A stretch of 64,000 bases of DNA, from positions 1 to 64,000 of the IMG/VR virus record IMGVR_UViG_3300013121_000039, one strand, 5' to 3'. The stretch comes from a virus (lineage: Duplodnaviria; Caudoviricetes). The stretch's first letter is position 1. Each line of letters begins with the position of its first letter. Of this stretch, positions 55,721 to 63,389 are shown piece by piece. The notes under the pieces are model-generated. The model made no database searches. It saw nothing but the letters and a program-made list of their open reading frames with translations, and was not told the origin of the DNA. The translations under genes and the position numbers were made by a program.

Positions 55721-55755
55721 GAAAGTCGTGTCAGAACGACGGCATAAGAAGAGAA
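55721..55755 (+). promoter_or_regulatory. Putative phage-RNAP promoter GAAAG-N18-ATAAG (CGGCATAAGAAGAGAA)
   Basis: 16 bp (55740-55755) identical to 63342-63357, with GAAAG at the same offset in both. Confidence 0.7.
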
Positions 55756-55800
55756 GCAGGAGTTCCTCAGTTCACCTCTCACTTTTTGGAGCAAGTCACG

Positions 55801-55932
55801 ATGACGACCGGCAAGAGCACCACCGACTTCGAGGATGAGGTCCACGACGCCTTGCTGGGGGGCCTGGTCGAGGATGATCAGGAAGAAGAAGAAGACGTGG
55901 AAGACGGGGATAAGAAGGAAGAGGAGGAGTAG
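55801..55932 (+). CDS. Very acidic 43-aa peptide (not in ORF track)
   Basis: MTTGKSTTDFEDEVHDALLGGLVEDDQEEEEDVEDGDKKEEEE. GGAG RBS, TAGATG coupling. Confidence 0.65.
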   Translation: MTTGKSTTDFEDEVHDALLGGLVEDDQEEEEDVEDGDKKEEEE

Positions 55933-56052
55933 ATGGGTCTTTTCTTCGCGGCATTCGTGGCGTCGTTTTGCGGGTACTTCCTGATGCGGGCGGGGATGGA
56001 GATCTTCCGCGTCCAGCAGGAGGAGGCCTGGCGGCAAGCGCAGGGAGCGTAG
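55933..56052 (+). CDS. Small membrane peptide (39 aa; not in ORF track)
   Basis: MGLFFAAFVASFCGYFLMRAG...; GAGGAG RBS, TAGATG coupling on both sides. Confidence 0.65.
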   Translation: MGLFFAAFVASFCGYFLMRAGMEIFRVQQEEAWRQAQGA

Positions 56053-56481
56053 ATGGAACATCCTGTCCGCGTCGCCTTCTGCAAGATCCTCTTCTGGAAG
56101 AACGGAGGCACGTTCGACGTCAGAGGCATGCCGATCCGGGCGCAGCGGCAGCAGTACATTCGTGGGAAGTGTTCCCAGCCCTACGACTGCGGACAGTGCT
56201 CCCTTCTCCAAGAGTGGCTTGCCTCCCTTAGCGCTGCCGGATGGCAGTGGGGGTGGGAGTGCGACGCCTGTCTCAAGGAGACGCTGGGGCAAGATCGAGC
56301 CGCCGGGACCGAGAGGTTCGTGCAGGGCTACTACCAGGCCGGCCGCAAGGCAGACCTCTCGCCGGACGACCCCGACTTCGACCCAGACCGTCCTCAGCTC
56401 GAAGGCTGCACCAGGTGCGGCTGGGAGAGCTCCTTCTTGCAACTCGTGCTCAGGAGGCTTCCCCCTCAAGCATCCCCATGA
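56053..56481 (+). CDS. Cys-rich (zinc-binding) hypothetical protein
   Basis: C..DCGQC, WECDAC, GCTRCG. Confidence 0.7.
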   Translation: MEHPVRVAFCKILFWKNGGTFDVRGMPIRAQRQQYIRGKCSQPYDCGQCSLLQEWLASLSAAGWQWGWECDACLKETLGQDRAAGTERFVQGYYQAGRKADLSPDDPDFDPDRPQLEGCTRCGWESSFLQLVLRRLPPQASP

Positions 56482-56843
56482 CCAGCTACTACCAATCAAT
56501 CTTCCCAGGGCACCAGTCGTCCGACCTCAAGACCGCAGAAGGAGAGCCGATCTACACCGGGCCGTACACCGCCGCCCAGGCTCCGTTCCTGGAGTGTGCA
56601 GCTTGCGGCGGTGCCATCACCGTAGGGCAGCGGGTGACGCTGGTCCAAGAGGTGATGCTGGCCATCACCCACAGCGGGAAGCTGATGTACCTCCCGCTCG
56701 TCGATTTCCCAGAGCAGGCGTTCGTCCACTCCGACTGCTCCTCGGACTTCGCCCACGACCAGATCACGAAGGAGCCGTGCGAGAAGGACGAGGACACGTA
56801 CTGCGCTGGCTGCGAGGTCAAGCTAGGAGGTGAGTCTGAGTGA
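56478..56843 (+). CDS. Zinc-finger protein
   Basis: ATGA-coupled start at 56478. ECAACGGAITVGQRV..VHSDC, YCAGC. Confidence 0.7.
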   Translation: MTSYYQSIFPGHQSSDLKTAEGEPIYTGPYTAAQAPFLECAACGGAITVGQRVTLVQEVMLAITHSGKLMYLPLVDFPEQAFVHSDCSSDFAHDQITKEPCEKDEDTYCAGCEVKLGGESE

Positions 56844-56860
56844 GCCTGTCCGCCGAGTAG

Positions 56861-57079
56861 ATGCGCGAGCCCCTCACCGAAGAGGACATGGACGACCTCG
56901 TCGACTACCTGACCTCGCTCTCGGACACGGTGAAGGGGTACTTCGACCGGATGCGCACCCAGACCCAGGGCAACTCGCCGATCTCCGACACCCTGTGGGC
57001 CTCGCACTGCGCCCTCAACCAGGAGGTGGACCGTCTCACAACGCTTCGGCGCAGCTACGTCTGGCCGAAGGGGAAGTAG
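56861..57079 (+). CDS. Small helical hypothetical protein
   Basis: 72-aa ORF with good codon bias, last of the island. Confidence 0.6.
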   Translation: MREPLTEEDMDDLVDYLTSLSDTVKGYFDRMRTQTQGNSPISDTLWASHCALNQEVDRLTTLRRSYVWPKGK

Positions 57080-57080
57080 G

Positions 57081-57109
57081 AGAAGGGCCAAGGTTGGCCC
57101 TTCTTTAGC
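57081..57109 (+). terminator. Hairpin + TTCTTTAGC (probably bidirectional) terminator
   Basis: AGAAGGGCCA-AGGT-TGGCCCTTCT then TTAGC, between convergent genes. Confidence 0.7.
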
Positions 57110-57111
57110 TC

Positions 57112-59232
57112 CTAGACGCCGGTCGAGGCGATGCGGCGGGTCGGCTTCTGCTGCGGCTGCGGACTCTGGATCGCGTCGAGTGGGTTCTCCTGCGAGCCAC
57201 GCTGCTGGTTCAGGATCTGGAGGACCAGCGAGCCGAGCTGCGGGTTGCCCATGCGGAGCTTGTTGAGCTCCATGTTGGCCTGCATGGGCCCCTGCTCCTT
57301 CTCGATCTTCTCGATCTGGTTGGCGGCCCGCTTGGCGAGGTACTGGAGGTTGTAGCCGCCGCCCTTCTGCCCCATCTGGAGCGGGGACTGCATCGCCTCC
57401 GGGAGCCCTTCCTGCGGCGCCTGCTGTGCGTTCTCCGGCGAGACCGTCGTGCCCTCGGGCATGGACGGGTCGACCTGCTGCCCGTCGATCATCTCTCCCT
57501 GGGCCCCGCTGGCCGGGGTGGGCTGGCCCATGGCCCCGGGCGGGCCCTGCTGACCGCCCTCGGCTCCCTGCTGACCGCCCATCATGGCGTCGAGCCCGCC
57601 GGCGCCGGCCGCGGCATCCCCACCGACCCCCATCTGCTGCCCGCCGTTGGCTGCCTGCGCCTCGGCCTGGGCCTTCATCATCATCTCCTGGCTCTTGGCC
57701 GCGTAGCGGCCCTGGACCAGGGAGACCTCGCCCATGATGCCGGCCTGTGCCAGCTGCTGCTTGCGCATGATGGCCAGCTGGCGGTCCATCTCCTTCTGCC
57801 GACGCTCGTCCTCGACCCCCGCCTCGAAGTCGCACTCGCTGAGGAGGGTCTGGTCGGAGATCTTCTGCGCCTGGTTGAGCTGGAAGTGGAAGGCCATCCG
57901 CTGGAGGTCGTCCGCCATCTTGAAGCGCTTCATGTGCGCCCTGACCACGGGCCACTCCATGAAGTCGGCGATGCGCCGGATGACGAAGTTGTTGAGCATG
58001 TTCTCGTGGTCCTGGCGGTACCCGATGAACATGTTCTCCAGCATTCGCATCGAGACGTTCGAGCCGGAGTACTGCATGCCGCCGAAGATGAACTCCTCGG
58101 GCACGCCCATGCCGGCCACGATGTGGCGGCTCCAGACCTCCATCTCCTGGTAGAGGCCGAGCGCCTTCCCGTCACCGCCGATGGTCTCGTTGCCGATGGG
58201 CAGTGGCAGGATGGGGATGTAGTTGTTGTCGTACTTCCACTTGGCGATCTCGGTCTCGATGCGGCCCTTCCAGGCGTTGAGGTCGACCGTGGTGTACGGG
58301 TCTGAGGTGCTGGACCCCGCCTGCGGGAAGAGCACGCGCAGCGGCACGATGTGCTCTTGCGCGATGGTCTCCTGGGCCTTGCGGAGCACCTGGAGGTAGA
58401 AGGTGTCCTTCAGCACCGGCATGATGAGCGGCATGCCCCAGCCGTTGTCCTTCTGACTGATGATGGGGCGCCGCATCACGAAAACGTTGTCGTCGGTGAA
58501 GCGGATGTACTTGTTGCGCCGCAGGGCCTCGACGAAGACGTCGGAGACCGTGTCGAGGACAGTCTTCTTGCCGAGGATGAGGTCGTTCTTGAGCTGGAGC
58601 GGAAGCTCGAAGGTGTAGACGGGGTCCGCGCCGCCGAAGCCCGGGTCGACGTTGAGGTACTCCGGATTCCAGCGCATGAGCCGGATCCGGCGGTAGTCGC
58701 GCTCGAAGAAGTCGAGGACGGTGGCCGGCCCTTCGTGGTGGCACTTGTCGCAGGCGAGGATGTACTCCAGGTTGCGCCACTTGTAGTGGACCGCGGACGC
58801 CTTGTGCCGGTGCTTGCAGGCCTTGCAGATGAGCCACTTCGTGAACGGGAAGTGGATGGTCACCACCACGATCCCGTAGGTGTAGAAGTCGAGGCCGCAC
58901 TCGATCTGGAAGGCGCGGTAGCGCAGGTGCTGGCCCAGCACTTCTTCCCACTTCTGCCTGACCTCGTTCTTCGTCTCGTCGATGACGATCTCCGTCACCG
59001 GGTACTCGCTCATCTTGTGGATGGTGGTGTTGATGAGCGGGTTGACGAGGTAGTAGTAGCGGCACCACCTGAGCAGCGCCTTCATCGACGGCGGCAGGTA
59101 GGTGTGCGCGATGTCGAAGAAGGGGGATGGGTAGCGGACACCGCTTCTGTTGGTCCCGTCGGCAGTGCGGCCGCGCTGCCCGGAGAACCGAGCTGCGCCG
59201 GAGGCACCCAACGAGAGAGAGTCCATGCTCAT
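57112..59232 (-). CDS. Portal protein with Zn-ribbon insert and Gln/Gly-rich tail
   Basis: RYYYLVNPLINTTI, GWGMPLI..L, IVAGMGVPEEFIFGG..YSG portal patterns; CKAC..CDKC. Confidence 0.82.
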   Translation of the reverse strand: MSMDSLSLGASGAARFSGQRGRTADGTNRSGVRYPSPFFDIAHTYLPPSMKALLRWCRYYYLVNPLINTTIHKMSEYPVTEIVIDETKNEVRQKWEEVLGQHLRYRAFQIECGLDFYTYGIVVVTIHFPFTKWLICKACKHRHKASAVHYKWRNLEYILACDKCHHEGPATVLDFFERDYRRIRLMRWNPEYLNVDPGFGGADPVYTFELPLQLKNDLILGKKTVLDTVSDVFVEALRRNKYIRFTDDNVFVMRRPIISQKDNGWGMPLIMPVLKDTFYLQVLRKAQETIAQEHIVPLRVLFPQAGSSTSDPYTTVDLNAWKGRIETEIAKWKYDNNYIPILPLPIGNETIGGDGKALGLYQEMEVWSRHIVAGMGVPEEFIFGGMQYSGSNVSMRMLENMFIGYRQDHENMLNNFVIRRIADFMEWPVVRAHMKRFKMADDLQRMAFHFQLNQAQKISDQTLLSECDFEAGVEDERRQKEMDRQLAIMRKQQLAQAGIMGEVSLVQGRYAAKSQEMMMKAQAEAQAANGGQQMGVGGDAAAGAGGLDAMMGGQQGAEGGQQGPPGAMGQPTPASGAQGEMIDGQQVDPSMPEGTTVSPENAQQAPQEGLPEAMQSPLQMGQKGGGYNLQYLAKRAANQIEKIEKEQGPMQANMELNKLRMGNPQLGSLVLQILNQQRGSQENPLDAIQSPQPQQKPTRRIASTGV

Positions 59233-59235
59233 GCG

Positions 59236-59940
59236 CTAGTCCCTGAGGCCTTGGGGTGGGGGCGGCAGCGAAGGAGGATGCGCCGGCTTGGGCCGGACGC
59301 CGCGGAGCTTGTCGACGGCCGCGCCGGCCGTGTCACCGATCTTGCTGCCGACCATCGACGAGAGCAGGCCTCCGGTGAATCCGAATGGGGCACCGATGAT
59401 ACCCCCAGCCTGGTCTCCGGCGAAGCGAAGAGCTCGCCTCACCCGGCTGTGGCCCTGGCCAGAGGGGTCCTCTCGCTTGAGGACGTCCCTGGTCCCGGTG
59501 AGCAGACCGTACCCCATCAGCGCCTTCCATGGCAGGCTGAGTGGCTGCCCGCCAGGCCGCCAGGTGGACTCCCACCCCTTCTGGAAGCTCTTCTTGGGAG
59601 ACGCCCAGGCCGCGGTCGCCTTGCCCAGGTTCTTCCCGACCCCCTCGGCCTGGTTCCGGACGAACCGCGTCGCCCGGCTGCCGAAGGCCTGGGCCTGCCC
59701 AGCAGCCTGCCCCATGTCGAAGGCCGTCTTCACGTTGCCGACGTGGGCCTTCTTCACCTTGTCGCCGAAGGCGCACTTCCCACAGGGCCCGTGGTAGCTG
59801 CGCAGGTCTCTCGTCGACCCGCACTCGTCGCATCGCGGCTTGTGGAGCTTCCCACAGTCCGGACACGTGATGATGCGCGCGACCTTCGTCTTGGAGATCT
59901 GGTCGACCTCGTCGAGGAAGGAGAGCAGGTCCGGGATCAC
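59236..59940 (-). CDS. Tagged Zn-finger plus glycine-zipper protein (234 aa)
   Basis: True start is GTG 59940 overlapping the upstream stop. LSFLDEVDQISKTKVA, CPDC..CDEC..CGKC, VKTA, GGIIGAPFGFTGG. Confidence 0.75.
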   Translation of the reverse strand: MIPDLLSFLDEVDQISKTKVARIITCPDCGKLHKPRCDECGSTRDLRSYHGPCGKCAFGDKVKKAHVGNVKTAFDMGQAAGQAQAFGSRATRFVRNQAEGVGKNLGKATAAWASPKKSFQKGWESTWRPGGQPLSLPWKALMGYGLLTGTRDVLKREDPSGQGHSRVRRALRFAGDQAGGIIGAPFGFTGGLLSSMVGSKIGDTAGAAVDKLRGVRPKPAHPPSLPPPPQGLRD

Positions 59941-60878
59941 GAGGCCCCCAGCCAGCTCTTCAGGTTGGTGATCTGCTCCGCGAGCTGCTTGCGGCGCAGG
60001 TTCATGTAGTCCCTGGCCAGGAGCAGCTTCGCGCACTGCATGTCCTCCCGGCTCTCGGAGTGGGGCTGGAACTCCCGGAAGGACATCCCCTTCACCTCGT
60101 CCCACCGCTTGGCGATGGGCTCCCAGTCGAAGCGGGGGGCGGCCACGACGTTCTTGCCCATCCCGGCCCGCAGCTTCTCCGGCAGCGGCTGCATGGAGAG
60201 CTTCTGGGTCGGGTTCATCCGGTCGGTGCAGTTGGAGCAGACTCCGTCGTGGAAGAGCGCCAGCTCCGTGTTGCCGCAGTCCTTGCAGAGGTAGTGCGGC
60301 TGCGCCACCTCCATCTGGATGAAGTCGAGCGGCGGCGGGACGTAGAAGATGTCCTCGTCCAGCACCGTCGCCGCCATGTAGAGCTTCACCTCGTCCTCGA
60401 ACTCCTGCTCCTTGTTGATGGTCTGGAGCATGTCGACGGAGGCGTACAGCTCTGGGAGCGAGAGCTTCTGGAGATGCTGGAAGTCCGGGAAGTTGCTGTT
60501 GAGCGCCTGGGCCACCTTCTCGAAGATGTTCCACCTCTTCCAGGGCCACTTGGAGACGTGGACCACTTGGAGGGCGCGGATCTTGTGGCGGCAGAGCTCG
60601 GAGAGCTGTGTGGAGAAGCTCTCCTGAATCTCGAACCAGGTGGTCTCCGGCGTCCACCTGAACCAGTCTTCCTGGAAGCTCTTCTGGAGGGCGAAGTCGA
60701 GAACCACCGGGTGCGCGTCGGGGTGGGTGAAGAGGTTGCGGAGCGTGACAGGCTTCGTGGACTCCGGCTCCCCCTTGCGGTAGGCCGCGTCCTCTTCGGG
60801 ACTGCCTTCGGTGGGAGCCGTCGGGGCCTTCGTCTCCAGCGCCTTCAGGCTGGTCGCCAGCGTCTCCTCGGGTGTCAT
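59937..60878 (-). CDS. Hypothetical protein with CxxC..CxxC
   Basis: 313-aa ORF upstream of the portal in the operon. Confidence 0.75.
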   Translation of the reverse strand: MTPEETLATSLKALETKAPTAPTEGSPEEDAAYRKGEPESTKPVTLRNLFTHPDAHPVVLDFALQKSFQEDWFRWTPETTWFEIQESFSTQLSELCRHKIRALQVVHVSKWPWKRWNIFEKVAQALNSNFPDFQHLQKLSLPELYASVDMLQTINKEQEFEDEVKLYMAATVLDEDIFYVPPPLDFIQMEVAQPHYLCKDCGNTELALFHDGVCSNCTDRMNPTQKLSMQPLPEKLRAGMGKNVVAAPRFDWEPIAKRWDEVKGMSFREFQPHSESREDMQCAKLLLARDYMNLRRKQLAEQITNLKSWLGAS

Positions 60879-60879
60879 C

Positions 60880-61464
60880 TTACTCCCAGTACTGGCTGGC
60901 TCCGTGCTGGACCACGAAGGGCTGGTGGGTCTGCGGCACCGCGATCGGCTTGGCGATCGGCTGCTTCACCACCCGCTTGGAGACGGCATGCATGGCCGGG
61001 TTCTGGAGCATCTGGGCATCCCCGGCGGCTCGCGGCAGGACCTTGGGAGCCGCGGCCCGCAGACGGGCCGCCGCCGCCCTGGGGTCGACGAGCTTGTTGG
61101 GAGCAGGCGCCGCCTTGGCTGCCTGCCAGGCTCCTTGGAGGGCGCCCTGACGCAGCATGGCCTTCGGATCGATCGTCGCGAGCTTGGGCTTCTTGAACGC
61201 CTTGTAGGCCGAGTGGGCCAGGTGCATCGCCGATGGGGCGGCGAGGATGCCGAGACCTGCGAGCTCGTACTTGGCAGCCTTCCGCTCTTCGGGTGGCGTC
61301 TCCTTCTTCTTGATCTTCCGGAGACGGTGCACGCTCGGGACGGCGAGGACTCCGAGGCCCGCGAGCTCGGCAGCGTGGGTCAGATGTTCGCCGATGGCCG
61401 CCTCCTTCTCCAGCTCGGAGGAGACGGCAGCGGCCAGGGCCCTGAGACGCTGTGGGTGGAGCAT
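60880..61464 (-). CDS. Tagged basic protein with duplicated ELAGLG(V/I)LAxPS segments
   Basis: Start ATG 61464 (TGATG coupling). AVSSELEKEA. Confidence 0.75.
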   Translation of the reverse strand: MLHPQRLRALAAAVSSELEKEAAIGEHLTHAAELAGLGVLAVPSVHRLRKIKKKETPPEERKAAKYELAGLGILAAPSAMHLAHSAYKAFKKPKLATIDPKAMLRQGALQGAWQAAKAAPAPNKLVDPRAAAARLRAAAPKVLPRAAGDAQMLQNPAMHAVSKRVVKQPIAKPIAVPQTHQPFVVQHGASQYWE

Positions 61465-61781
61465 CAGCGCACCTTCATGACGGGCTTCCGCCCGAGGAGC
61501 CCCTTCTTGGCGGCGACGTCGGACAGGCGCGCCGCGGCAGCCTGTGGGGACACGAGCCTCTTCGCCCGCGCCTGCTCGTTGGCCCACGACTGGAAGGTGG
61601 GATGCTGGCCGACCGGCTGCCGCACCGGGGTCGGCTTGAGGGCAGCCGCCGGTGCGGCCAGCGGCTTCGCCACCTGGCCGATGTTCTTCACGTTCATCGC
61701 CCGGCCCATGCCGCCGACATCCCCGAGGGCTGCGATCTTGGTGAGCTCGTCGAAGAAGGCGTTCAGCGTGACGCGGGTCAT
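61464..61781 (-). CDS. FxDELxKIA-tagged small basic protein
   Basis: MTRVTLNAFFDELTKIA. Confidence 0.8.
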   Translation of the reverse strand: MTRVTLNAFFDELTKIAALGDVGGMGRAMNVKNIGQVAKPLAAPAAALKPTPVRQPVGQHPTFQSWANEQARAKRLVSPQAAAARLSDVAAKKGLLGRKPVMKVR

Positions 61782-63235
61782 GGCACCATCCGGGTGATGA
61801 GGGCCTTGTGGGCGTCCGGCATGGAGTCGAAGATCGCCGTGGGGTTGGCGCCGAAGGCCTCCACGAAGTCGGACGAGAAGGTCTGGGAGAGCTGCTCGGT
61901 GGGGATGGAGCGGAGCGCCGCCTCGTCCACCGACTCCCCGTCAGCCCCCTGCCAGGCCCACGCCACCTTCTCCTGCCCACGGCCGCCGAACGTGGCGAAG
62001 TAGGGGTCCTGGATCGCCCCACCCCAGTGGAGGTCGAGGTCGAAGAGCTGGTCGGCCTCCTTGAGGAGCTTGGCGAAGGTCTCCGGCTCGATCATGGCCC
62101 TCTTCTCCTGGAGGTCGTCCCAGACCTCCGTGTGGGCGGGATCGACCTGCCGGCGGTTGGCGAGATGGGCCTCGACGTCGGGGGCGTACTCGGTGGACCC
62201 GTAGCGGTCCAGGAGGGCAGGGACCTGGATGCCGAGCTCGTCCGCCCGGGCCGCCGTCTTCACGGCGAACTCGTGCCGGTCGGCCGGCTCCATCACGGTC
62301 CAGGACTCCTCGAAGAAGCGGATGGCGTCCGTGACGTCGGAGTAGCTGTCGAGGGAGTAGCGGTCCCCGAGGGCGTGGCGGGAGGCGACCTTCCTCTTCG
62401 ACACCGGCCTCGGCTCCATGGAGGAGACGTCGACGACGTTGGCGACGTGGGCAGCCTTCTTCACCTTCTTCGTCTCGCTGGACGGTCCGTGGGCGACCCG
62501 GTGCGCGAGACGACCGGCGCCGTACCCGAGGAGGGCGTTCTTGCCGGCGTCGACGGCGAGCGGGACGGGGTAGCGCAGGGGGTTCACGCCACTGACCATG
62601 GCAGCAGGGATGGTGGCGGCCGCTCCGACCATGGCCCCTCTGCGCCCCCACCTGCGGGCCCGATCCCGCGTGGACTCGGTCTCCGCCTTGGCCGCCGTCT
62701 TCATCTGGTTGGCGGTGGGGATCACCCGGCCGGAGTCGGCGCCGCCACGGACGGAGATGAGGTTGGTGCGTTGGGCCCAGTCGGCCTCGTCTCCGACGTA
62801 GGGCTCGTTCTTGGAGTCCCGCTTGCGGGCGAGGGCCGTGGCGGCAGCCTTCTTCTCCCGGACCGGCAGCCCGGTCTCGGCGGCGAGGAGGAGGTCGGGC
62901 GGGACGTCGAGTCCGAACTCCTGGTTGAAGGCGATGAGGTTCTGGGCGGCCGTCTTGATGGCCTCGGCCGGCAGCTTCTCGGCGTTCTCCAGGAAGTAGA
63001 GGGTCGAGAGCGCCGTGTTCCCCTCGTCGACGCAGGCGAACTTGCGCAGGTGCGAGTCGCCCGCGTGGAGGATGAGGGCGAAGGCCTCGTCGCGGAGCAC
63101 GTTGCGCTCCTCCGACGAGAGGAAGTGGGCCGTCTTGATCGACTCCGGCAGGTCGTCGGGAGACGGGCACCAGCTCTTCAGCACCTCCCCGCCCTTGTCG
63201 TCGTAGAAGTCGAGCACCAGTCCGGCTGTCTTCAT
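61778..63235 (-). CDS. Putative internal head protein, K-x-A rich
   Basis: Start ATG 63235 (AGGAG upstream). MKTA, IKTA x2, KKAA, RKVA, VKTA, EKRA, EKVA; inserted glycine-zipper segment. Confidence 0.75.
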   Translation of the reverse strand: MKTAGLVLDFYDDKGGEVLKSWCPSPDDLPESIKTAHFLSSEERNVLRDEAFALILHAGDSHLRKFACVDEGNTALSTLYFLENAEKLPAEAIKTAAQNLIAFNQEFGLDVPPDLLLAAETGLPVREKKAAATALARKRDSKNEPYVGDEADWAQRTNLISVRGGADSGRVIPTANQMKTAAKAETESTRDRARRWGRRGAMVGAAATIPAAMVSGVNPLRYPVPLAVDAGKNALLGYGAGRLAHRVAHGPSSETKKVKKAAHVANVVDVSSMEPRPVSKRKVASRHALGDRYSLDSYSDVTDAIRFFEESWTVMEPADRHEFAVKTAARADELGIQVPALLDRYGSTEYAPDVEAHLANRRQVDPAHTEVWDDLQEKRAMIEPETFAKLLKEADQLFDLDLHWGGAIQDPYFATFGGRGQEKVAWAWQGADGESVDEAALRSIPTEQLSQTFSSDFVEAFGANPTAIFDSMPDAHKALITRMVP

Positions 63236-63277
63236 CTTCTCAGCTCCTAAGTGGTGGGGAAGGCTCCGGCTTTCGCG

Positions 63278-63307
63278 AGTGTAGGGCCTTCCCCCCACGA
63301 GTGGCAA
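63278..63307 (-). promoter_or_regulatory. Putative sigma70-like promoter TTGCCA-N18-TACACT
   Basis: Intergenic. Partly overlaps an inverted repeat (GGGGAAGGC/GCCTTCCCC). Confidence 0.6.
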
Positions 63308-63322
63308 CGAGAACGTGCCTCG

Positions 63323-63357
63323 GAAAGACCGCGAAAGGAGGCGGCATAAGAAGAGAA
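63323..63357 (+). promoter_or_regulatory. Putative phage-RNAP promoter GAAAG-N18-ATAAG
   Basis: Identical 16-mer to 55740-55755. Confidence 0.7.
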
Positions 63358-63389
63358 CACGGAAGTCTTAGCTCAAGGAGACGCTCGAT

